Positions 53,040 to 64,000 of a stretch of 64,000 bases of DNA are shown here, one piece after another. This stretch comes from Paraspadella gotoi (taxonomy: Eukaryota; Animalia; Chaetognatha). Each line of letters opens with the position of its first letter. Position 1 is the stretch's first letter. The DNA lies in assembly GCA_051294375.1 (NCBI GenBank), contig CM119264.1, positions 8,802,764 to 8,866,763 of the forward strand, written 5' to 3'. Position numbers and translations under genes: made by a program. The notes beneath the pieces were generated by a model. The model saw only the letters and a program-made list of their open reading frames with translations. It did not search any database and was not told the DNA's origin.

Positions 53040-53509
53040 ACAATCTTAAACGATCGCGGGTTCAAACCGAAACCGATATTCCTCCAGCATCCCAACCCAT
53101 CAGTGTTGTCTCCGCTTATTCCGCCTACGAAGACAATTCCATCTGCAGTTTTTATTAATCGGTTTCCAATAGCGAAGCCCGACGCCTTCGACGAAGCTGA
53201 AACCTCGATATCGTCCAATCAACGACTCAGAAGATGAAGCCGGATCGAAACCGTCCAATCAGGAAATTCTAACCAATTCGTCAAGCATCCAATCAAGAGA
53301 GATTAGCCAATCAAACAGTTATAACCGAGAGCTTATCAAAAATGGAAAGTCCGTTATCATCGAGCGACGCTAATGGGATTTCCGTCGGATCTATACCGAA
53401 GCCGCAATCGTCGCCAACGGGGCTTCCATCTGCCTTACTTCGCCCAAGGGCAGAACGGTCAATGGGGACTAATGAAAACGGTTTTATAAGGAAAGTCAAA
53501 GCCGAATAA
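53040..53509 (+). CDS. Candidate frameshifted Ser/Pro-rich coding segment ending ...GFIRKVKAE*
   Basis: Three overlapping open stretches of ~50-65 codons in complex sequence. No clear acceptor and no family recognised. Confidence 0.25.
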
Positions 53510-54054
53510 ATGCAGTTTAAACAATCATCGACGTTATGTGTACATTTTTTAGCTACATTTAAATATTTATATCCATGCCCTGACAGGACGATACCAAAAT
53601 GCCTTAGCAATCAATCTATTTAGAGGTTTTCTTTTCGTCGCCGTTGCTCCTCATTCGACGACGACGACGACGACGACGACGTCGACGACGCGAATTAATG
53701 ATTACATAATAATCATTCCTCCATTAGTTCGTCGGAGAAACAATTTCGATGCCATCGTTTACCAAAACCGAAAGAACCAATAAAGACTAAAGGGTTAGAG
53801 AAGGCAATGGACTTCACTTTTATTACTTATGTCATTCACATTTTAGTTGTGCCTAGAGACCGGAACAATTAGTCAATTAATATTCAATACTCGGTTTCAA
53901 GCTGAGGTTAAAACACGATTAATCGATTAGTTATAGTCTCAGCTCCTGCCGACAGTCAATAAAACACCTTTACCTCGGTAGAATGCCTGACGTTTCTGTC
54001 TTTAAATCTGTAGGTCTCTCTCTCTCTCTNNNNNNNNNNNNNNNNNNNNNNNNN

Positions 54055-54352
54055 TTTGGAAGAACGGCACACAATGGGAGGTACAGCCAATGTGATACTA
54101 CTCTATTCCGAGATAAGGCTAACTGCAAATGGAAGACAGTACCTCGCTTGATTGGTTCCAAAATCAGACGCTTAAGTAGTCGCCATAAGTGGCAACGAGA
54201 GAGCTGTTGCTGATAGAGTTTTTTCTTTGGTTAAATGAGAAATTACGAATGTAATGACAATGAGGATAAGTGAATGAGACAAAAGGAGATGTAAGAGAAA
54301 GAGAAGGATAGGGAAGAGCGGAATGAAAGTGTGAGAGAGATAGAGAGAGAGA

Positions 54353-54413
<61 letters not shown>

Positions 54414-54483
54414 TGAGATGAGAGAGCGAAGAGAGGAGAGCGAAGAGAGAGAGAGAGAGAAGAAGGAGAGAGAGAGAGAGAGA

Positions 54484-54523
<40 letters not shown>

Positions 54524-54805
54524 TCTCTCACACTTTCATCCTGCTCTTCCCTATCCTTCTCTTTCTCTTTACATCTCCTTTTGTCTCATTCACTTATCCT
54601 CATTGTCATTACATTCGTAATTTCTCATTTAACCAAAGAAAAAACTCTATCAGCAACAGCTCTCTCGTTGCCACTTATGGCGACTACTTAAGGCGTCTGA
54701 TTGGAACCAATTGAGGCAACGCGAGGTCACTGGTCTTCCATTTGCAGTTAGCCTTATCTCGGAATAGAGTAGATCACATTGGCTGTACTATGTCGTTCTT
54801 CCAAA
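54055..54805. repeat. Inverted repeat, ~285-bp arms (54055-54340, 54522-54805) around a (GA)n loop
   Basis: Near-perfect reverse-complement match. The left arm starts at the first base after a 25-N gap. Confidence 0.95.
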
Positions 54806-55977
54806 TAATGTCCGTAATGTTTCACTCGCAAACACAGGATAATGTGGGTCATTATAGGCGGTGCCATTGGCGGCGAAGGGAATGGCGTCAGTTACGTCGG
54901 TTCCAAATGATGATAAAAACGGCAGCCATGGCCCGGCGAGGGAAGAGGGCTCACGTGAGGATGTCGACGCAAAAGCTTCACGGAGTGAGATCGATAATGT
55001 CACTGCTGGGATAATGTTTTATAATTTCCCAAAATTGAGAACGAACTCGTAAAAACGGATCGAAGTATCCGGTATTTTATTTCACTTGTAAAATTTTCTT
55101 GTGAAACTTTCCCATGTCTCCTTAAAAAAAATTTAGATAAATTTACTCGAGTTGAAAAACTTGGAGAAAGAAAAAAGGGTGAAAATATTGAAAACGGATT
55201 TTCCCGTCGAAAACGTTTTTGGATGAGAAAAAATAATCCGAAAAAGAGACAGAATAAGTTTTAGGGAATGTTTGAAGCATTGTCGTGCGCGTACAAANNN
55301 NNNNNNNNNNNNNNNNNNNNNNCATTAGTCCCAAAAGTTGGAAATATAAAGACAACGAGTTTCATAAAAAACGTTCGCACACTTAATCAGACGTATAAAT
55401 AAATAATTTTCGTATAAAAATATTTAACTTTAATGCATCGAACATGAGAGATCCGAGATCGAATACGTCATTTCGTATCTTTTTAATGTTAAAGACCGGT
55501 CAAAAAGAACAAAAGATACTAGCGAACCTGGCGGATATTTGCGAATTTTTCATAAAAAGAACATCTTTTGCCTGTGAAATCTGACGATGAGTTTAGTTTT
55601 TTTAATAATATAGGTATTATTAATGATATTCTTGTTTTATTAATAATTTCATAATTCTTAATAATTTTATGAGTTTTTAGTAGCTGCATGTTGTAATTTT
55701 TAATAGTTTTTTTCTGTTTTTATAGGAAAACAGTTAGAAATTAATCGCTATTTTTGTTTTGCTTTACTGAAATTCAGCCTGAACATATTTTTGAAGAAAA
55801 ATTAATATAAAATCCGATCTTATATAGTCAAATGATAAATAACATAAATATAATATTAATATTTATTAAAATATGAATTATATTTTTTTAACCAATAACA
55901 AAGTTTATACATAAACATAAAGGCTTTAAACGGATATGATTTGATTACAATTTTATCCCCTTCTTCTTAAACTATTA

Positions 55978-56622
55978 TTATATTATTTATATATATATAT
56001 ATGAAATTGGTACAACCAATATAAAAATTATCCATTCATTTAATAAATAAGCTATCTTGCCCCTGACTTGGACAGGCTTTGGTGTTTAAGGCCTCCATCA
56101 CTCTACAAGATAATGACATAGCAGGTCCCTGCAAGCTTTCAATCAAGACTCTCTCACAGTCTCGTTTATTCACTCCCAGAGTACCTGGCTTCCCTATCAA
56201 TGAAGTGAAAAATATTTCAAAGAATGTTTCAATTGTATGAAAAGACCACTCCCTTAAGTATTAGATCGGGGAATACTTATTGTACTCCGCACTAGCATCA
56301 AAATACAAGGAGCTGAATTTTTATGAAATTGGTACAACCAATATAAAAAATTATCCATTCATATATATATATATATATTATATTGAAATATTATACCACT
56401 TCATTGATAGGGAAGTCAGTACTCTGGGAGTGAATAAACGAGACTGTGAGAGAGTCTTGATTGAAACCTTGTAGGACCTGCTATGTCATTATCTTGTAAG
56501 AGTGATGGAGGCCTTAAACCACCAAAGCCTGTCCAAAGTCAGGGGCAAGATAGCTTATTATTAAATGAATGGATAATTTTTATATTGGTTGTACCAATTT
56601 CATATATATATAAATAATATAA
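55978..56622. repeat. Fold-back made of two inverted copies of the dispersed repeat (55978-56207, 56398-56622), flanked by (TA)n; MITE-like or artefact
   Basis: Arms are reverse complements. The ~190-bp spacer holds a third partial copy (56322-56361). TA runs occur at both outer ends. Confidence 0.85.
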
Positions 56623-59594
56623 TATATAAAACAAAGGCAATTCTTTAAAATCTTGGAAGTTAAGTTTCCCTCTCAGTATTAACAAATTAATAGAACAGTT
56701 ATATATAAATGGCAAAAAATAAGTTCCGGTTCATGTTGCCTCAAATACAAAAATGATCCAATCGTCCAATATGTATTTACTATTCAAATTTAGTAATGTT
56801 TATTAGACTGTATTTAATATTCTTACCGATCATTCAAACATAATAAACTTAAATCATTGATTCTGATACTGAATGGATCCTTTTCACTTATCTATATGTA
56901 TATACTGAGAATTTATCGAATGATTGACTTTTAGCTTTCAGTTTTTAGCTTTTAACTTTTAGACTTTTTTAATTTTGTTTAAAGAGAAAAATATTTTTCA
57001 ATTATTATGATTATCAGTTTAATGTAAAAATCTGTTATTATGAGTATATGGAGTAAGATTAGACTAATCACTAAAATTGCCCTGATTCGATGCTTATGCT
57101 CTAAAAATGTAAAATTTCCTGTTTTAAAAGAAAAAAAAATATTATAATTAGAATACTATTATTTTATATTATTATTATATTGTTTATATTTTTGATAATA
57201 CTAATATTATTATAATTTATTTAATATTTACTTTTATTGGTTATTTTTATCTTAGTTATCAAGTTTTCTCATATTTACCTATTTATTAAAGCACATATAA
57301 TGGTAAATTAAACGATCGAATTATACAATTTATAAAAGGTTATTTTATGTAATAAGGATTTTAAACAAGCAAAATAATTAATTTTATATTTTAAGCAAAA
57401 ATTGTTCGAATTCCTCATTTTGTTAGGAAAAAGCATTCAAGCTCTCGTTTAAATACTATTTATCTTATTTATATTAGTATAAATATAAAACTATTTATAT
57501 TTATAAAATATATATTCTAAAACTTTAATATTTAATTATTTATAATATTACAATAATAAACGTTTAAAAATACGCGAATAAAGAGCGTCATCGTTATCTG
57601 ACAAATTCGATCTTAAGCTAATTGCTAATTTAGGAGCCAGATAAAAATCGACCGGGATCTCTCATGTTGAAAATTTTAAATCGAATAAAAGGTATTTTAA
57701 ATTAAAGTATATATATGTGTGATCACTTGTGTAAACGTTTTTAAAAATCCGAATCCATCTTGATACACTACTAACATCCCATTACATTATAAAAGAATAG
57801 TATTTATATAAAGAATATAATCAAATCTAATACATAGTTCAAATATATACATTTTTACATTTTTACATTTATTTTTAAATTTTCAATCAATTATTTTAAA
57901 GCTAATATAATAAAAGAAGTAATCTTGCCAATTTTTCATAAATTTCGAGTAAGCGACGAAGAGGAAGACAAATAAACTTACACAAAAATAGAAATTGAAT
58001 AAGTTTATTGGCGATTTTCTAAGGAAAATCTCCTCCCGACTCGCACTAAATATTCATTCGTACTTTTTATTATTTATTTAATCTAACTGGTATTTTCACA
58101 AATTTTAAAATTTCAAATGAATTTTATTTTCTTTCTTTTCTCCACCCGCGAATTAGCAAAGTAAATTGAAGAAAGTAAGAAAAAAAATTTAAAGAGGAGA
58201 AAAAAATAAAGAGAGGATTTTCTTTTTCCAGTAGACCCGAACTAATTTGGGCGAGTTTGTGTTAACTTCGATTTGATTGGCTATCTTTACTAATTTCATT
58301 AAAACTTAAAATAATAGTAAAACATGAAAAAAAAGAAATATACTAAATACAATTGGTTTTTCACTCTTATTCGTTGCGGTAATGTGAATCGCTAAGCGGC
58401 GATAGGAGTTGAAAATAATAAGAGTTTCTGTCGGGAAATCGCGGGAAATTGAAGTCTTTGCGAATCTAATAACTTTTCTTTTCTTTCGTTCACGTGACGA
58501 AAAAAAAAAATTTCCTTCGATCTCTAGTTTTTAGTATGCGCAGAGTACTCGCGAGAAGAAACTCTATAAATCAGTTTTTGGTCGGTCTGTCGTCGCGTGG
58601 GTTCCGTCGGTCTGTCGCGTCGGTTGCGTCGCGTCGATCTGTCCCACTAACGTTAAAAATGCTCTTTTTTTTTTTTTTTTTTTCAATCTTGCATATATCG
58701 TGTTGCTCATTTGTTAAGACTGTAAACAACCTCTAGCGCCGCCTTCAAAAGGAAATCCTAAAACTATAGAGAACAAAAGACGCGCATTCCGATGCAGTGC
58801 GTGTCATAAATACATAGGCTAAGAAAGTTATATAGTCAAAGTCAATGTCATGTAATGTTACAAGACAATACACGTGATAATGCAGTAACTGCGGACGAAC
58901 ACATTTGAATTACCATTCTTTAAGTTTATGTTTAATACATCGATATCTCTATAAGTACTTCTTTATAATAGCACTGAACAGTAATTTAAAAAAAAACGTA
59001 TTTGATAGTAAAATAATAAATCATAATATTAAAAGAAAGAAAATATGAAAATGGATAAAAGTTGCTTTTTTGGAGTTAAGTTGGTGATTTCTTTTTGCGT
59101 CAAAGACGTATGACTTTCTTTCAGTTGTCGTCCTGTATTTTGTGTATTGTTGTGTTTTTTCGGGGTCTTTTGCTCCTGAGCTTTCTAAAGGACGCGAAAA
59201 TATTTGAAGAAATGTAACAATTTTTTCATAAAAATAGCAAAAGGTCTAAGTTAACTTTTAATACGCTTAGAGGTTGCATTTTAACAATAATAAAAAAAAT
59301 CCGTGAGCTTTCGCTGACGTATTAACCATAGAAAATATTAAGCCGGACTGAATGGGTGCAGTCAATAGGAGAAAGGGAATCCAGATTATAAATCGATATT
59401 ATCTTGCAGTCAGAAAATTTTCATTATTCTTTTTTTTTTTTTTGCGTGAAGCCATTAGTTTGTCGCGGATATGGAATCGCGCGACGTCGCTAAATGATTA
59501 TCCGTTGATTTAATTTGAATTGAATTGAATTTAAAAAAAAAAACGTGAAATGAATTGTCGTGAAAAGAATAAACGATCAGAAGATTGTGGTCTA

Positions 59595-60749
59595 TAAAGT
59601 CGTTGCTTCAGGAAAAAATCTTTCGTTACGACTAACGAGGAAATAGAGGGACGTAGAAAGACGAGAGAGAGAGAGAGAGGAGAGAGAGAGAAGAGAGAGA
59701 TAGAGAGAGAGAGCAGAAGAGAGAGAGAGTAGAGAGAGAGAGATCTACTCCGTGTTTCTACTTAGAATAAAACAAGAGAAACGCAACATTTTAATCGCAT
59801 CTCCTCTCATTACATTAAATTCGTTCCTCGCGAAAATCAAATTATTCGTCTTCAACACCGTAACCAATTTTTCGTCGTTTTTGAGAAATGGAGAAAATTT
59901 AATTATTTATTTTTTAGTGCAATATTTCAAGTATATTAAAATAAGTAGATGCGTCAACAAAAAACAAAAAAACAAACAAAAAAAACTTAGAGATCATTTT
60001 CAAAAAAAATAGGCATGTTGTTATTTAATTTAATATTGAATTACTTTGATATTTTGAATTTGGAATTAAACTGTTCTTAATTCTTTACTCTAATTCAATT
60101 ATTTTCCTTTTTGTTTTATAATTATTAATGAGATTTGTGGAAAACCTTATTTAAAAAAAAGAAGAAAAAATTCATAGAAACATTTGATTTTATTTTCAAC
60201 GAGAAATTTAAAAAACGGGGGCAGAAATGAGAAGGGCAGGAACTGACTCGAGACCGACAAGGGGACGATGAGCGAATGACAGAGAGAGAGAGGAGAGGAG
60301 AGAGATGAGAGAGAGAGAGGCCCTCTAAAAGTTAAAACGTACGGCAAAATCGGAATTCGGTGCGTTAATCTTTTTTCCCGCCCGTGTCTGAACGTCTTTG
60401 ATAGAATCGGGTCATACCATTGTCCTCCCCATTTGTTTAGGACCTTTATAGATGATGAACGAAAATACATTCATGTCAACATCTGAACTCAAGTTAAGGG
60501 TTAATATTAGGAGTTTTATAATTTACCTCTTATATGGCCTCTTTCTCATATGCAATATATATTCAAGTTAATTAAGATTTTGAGAAACGGGTTAACATAA
60601 TTTTATTTCAATGGTGATTCATTGACAGATTAGGATAATTTCGGGAAGATGTATTTCGCTGTTAAAAAGAAGAAAAAAACCATCAAGGCTTCTTTCTTGT
60701 TCTTTCCATTCCCATACTTCACTGTCTCTCCTATCTCTTTTTCTCTCTC

Positions 60750-60820
<71 letters not shown>

Positions 60821-61426
60821 ATTCCCTTCTTAACGCTTTTATCTTCTATTTCCGCTTTTATCTTTTCTCTCTTCCCTTCCTTTTAATTTCATCTTTTATT
60901 TTTTGTGGTGCGGATTTTTTATCCTTTCTTTCTATTTTTTTTATCTCTTTCTTTTTTCATGAAACTTTTTGAAAAAACTGCATCTTTTCCTTTCTGCATG
61001 TGAAATTTGAACAACCGAATATAAAATAAGATGAGCAACTATACCTAATTTCGATTTATTCCTAATCTACATTTATTCCCATTTTTTAAAATTTTTTCGT
61101 TATATTATCTTTAAAATTTTTATTCTTTCAAGATCTATTTTCTTTAGGTTTCTTAAATATAGTTTTTTACCTTTTTTCCTTTCTATTTCATTTTTTATCT
61201 CTTTTACCTCATTTCCTCACATTTTTTTCTCACTATCTTCTCACTTTTTTTCTCACTTCTTCTTTTTCTTCGCCATATGATGCAAGAATTGTAGTAATTT
61301 CTGGGGCCGTCATCATCTTCATAGTCAGTTCATCTTCATGCGTCATCATCTATCATCTTCATCGCGATATCGTCACGTCCTCAGTTTTCTCGACAATCGT
61401 TTTGTCGACTCGTGCGTTACGTCGCT

Positions 61427-61484
<58 letters not shown>

Positions 61485-61805
61485 CTCTCGTCTCTCTCTC
61501 TCGTCTCTCCTTTCTTCTCTTTATTATCAACTTCTCTTTCACATTCCCGCCTTGCTTCTACCGCTTTTCCTCCTTCTTACCTCTTCTCTCATTTATTTTT
61601 TTTCCCTTTTCTTTTCTCTTCCTCCGCCGTCATACCCCCATTTTTTTCGCTTCGTCGGTTTCTTCTACTCTTTCTCCTCCTCTTCCCCTCATTCCTCCTC
61701 TTCCTCCATCGTCTCGCCTTTCCTTTCCCTCTTCCTTCATTCTCTTCGTCGCACGTTCACTCAAACTCTGGTTGGTGGTTGTATGTTCTGTTCTACTCTC
61801 TCTCT

Positions 61806-61843
<38 letters not shown>

Positions 61844-62218
61844 CTCTCTCTCTCTCTCATCTCTCTCTCTCTTCTCTCTCTCTGCTCTCTCTCTCTCCTC
61901 TGACAGAGAGAGAGAGAGATTAAACACCAACAGAGTTTGAGTGAACGTGCGAGAAGAGAATGAAGGAACGAGGGAAAGGATAAGGCGAGACGATGGAGGA
62001 AGAGGAGGAATAGGAGGAAGAGGGAGAGGAGGAGAAGAGTAGAAAAACCGACGAAGGCGAAAAAAATGGGGATGAACGCGGAGGAAGAGAAAAGAAAAGG
62101 GAAAAAAAATAAATGAGAGAAGAGGTAAGAAGGAGGAAAAGCGGTAGAGCAAGGCGGGAAGTGAAAGAGACAGTTGATATAAAGAGAAGAAAGGAGAGAC
62201 GAGAGAGAGAGACGAGAG

Positions 62219-62296
<78 letters not shown>

Positions 62297-62890
62297 AACG
62301 TAACGCACGAAGTCGACAAACGTTGTCGAGAAAACTGAGGACGTGACGATATCGACGATGAAGATGAAGATGATGACGATGAAGATGATGACGATGAAGA
62401 TGATGACGGCCCCAGAAATTACTACATCTGCATCATATGGGCGAAGAAAAGAGAGAGAAAAGAAGTGAGAAAAAAGTGAGAAGATAGTGAGAAAAAAATG
62501 TGAGGAAATGAGGAAAAGAGATAAAAAAATGAAATAGAAAGGAAAAAAAGGTAAAAAATATATTTAAGAAACCTAAAGAAAATAGAATCTTGAAAAGAAT
62601 AAAAATTTTAAAGTAATAAACGAAAAAAAGATTTTAAAAAATGGGAATAAATGTTAATTAGGAATAAATCGAAATGTAGGGAGTATAGTATCTCATTGAT
62701 ATCTTTTTTTTAATTCACGCAGAAAGGAAAAGATGCAGTTTTTTTAAAAAGTTTCTGAAAAAAAGAAAGAGATAAAAAAAATAGAAAGAAAGGATAAAAA
62801 ATCCCACCAAAAAAATAAAGATGAAATTAAAAGGAAGGGAAGAGAGAAAAGATAAAAGCGGAAATAGAAGATAAAAAGCGTTAAGAAGGG

Positions 62891-62981
<91 letters not shown>

Positions 62982-63364
62982 AAAGAGATAGGAGAGAAGT
63001 GAAGTATGGGAATGGAAAGACAAGAAAGAAGCCTTGATGGTTTTTTTCTTCTTTTTAACGCGAAATAATCTTCCAGAAATTATCCTAATCTGTCAATGAA
63101 ATCACCATTGAAATAAGAATTATTTAACCCTGATTTCGTCGGCCAGAAAAACTTAATTAAACTTGATATATATTGCATATGAGAAAGAGCATATAAGAGG
63201 TAAATATATAAATCTTAAGTATATAACCCCTTAATCTTGAGTTCAGATGTGACATGAATGTATTTTCGTTCATCATCTATAAAGTCCTAAAACAATGGGA
63301 GGACAATGGATGACACGATTCTACAAAGACGTTCACCGGGGAAAAAGATTAACGCCCCGATTAC

Positions 63365-63413
<49 letters not shown>

Positions 63414-63859
63414 TCGTTTTTATTTCTCGTTTTCTCGGAAAATAAAATCATGTTTCTATGAATTTTTCCTTTTTTTAATAGGGTTTTCCACAAATCTGCA
63501 TTAATATTAAAAACAAAAAAGAAATAATTGAATTAGAGTAAAGAATTAAGAACATTTATTCAAATTCAAATATTCAAGTATTCAATTATTAAATTAATAC
63601 ACATCCTATTTTTTTGAAATGATTCCTAAGTTTGTTTGTTTTTTTGTTTTTTTGTTGAGCATCTACTTATTTTATATACTTGAAATATTGCACTAAAAAA
63701 TAAATAATTAAATTTTCTCATTTCTCAAAAACACGAAAATTGTTTAGTGGTTGAAGACGAATAATTTGATTTTCCGAGGAACGAGATATTAATGTAATGA
63801 GAGGAGATGCGATTAAAATGTTGCGTTTCTCTGTTTATTCTAAGTAGAAACAGGAGTAG

Positions 63860-63943
<84 letters not shown>

Positions 63944-64000
63944 TCCTCTCATTTCCTCGTTAGTCGTAACGAAAGATTTTTTCTGAAAGCAACGACTTTA
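59595..64000. repeat. Palindrome with arms of at least 2.1 kb, centred on (CT)n/(GA)n at ~61790-61920 and running off the window end
   Basis: 59595 'taaagtcgttgcttca..tttcgttacgactaacgaggaaat' pairs with 63951-64000. Matches are collinear inward to 'tcaaactctg' (61761) / 'cagagtttga' (61931). Confidence 0.95.

Noticed and set aside
54858-55052. 63-aa GC-richer + strand ORF
   Set aside because: No recognisable motif or clear donor, so there is insufficient support.

Overview
This is eukaryotic, AT-rich DNA saturated with microsatellites ((GA)n/(CT)n, (AAAAG)n, (GAC)n). It looks animal, probably arthropod, but the taxon cannot be fixed from sequence alone. It comes from a gapped, partly error-prone draft assembly, and nearly all supplied ORFs are microsatellite translations. 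Reading splice sites by eye gives a multi-exon immunoglobulin-superfamily (IgSF) cell-surface protein gene on the minus strand, with exons at 38823-38730, 35753-35583, 25333-25245, possibly 8489-8324, 7967-7821 and 189-64. A probable further exon of the same gene lies on the PLUS strand at 22741-22928. The dominant structure is a set of fold-back (inverted) duplications: about 11046-21705 vs 24462-31870, 22065-22305 vs 23432-23663, 54055-54340 vs 54522-54805, 55978-56207 vs 56398-56622, and 59595-61790 vs 61910-64000+. Several abut gaps of exactly 25 N, and in the largest pair one arm is full of small insertions. The simplest explanation is raw long-read gap filling or palindromic-read artefact, though microsatellite-anchored fold-back is a testable alternative. 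Also present are an isolated tRNA-Leu 3' half, a ~200-bp dispersed repeat family, several minisatellites, a consensus RFX X-box and a few weaker candidate exons. I found no prokaryotic-type system, CRISPR array, rRNA or intact transposase/RT ORF, and I cannot support a claim of a novel biological system here.
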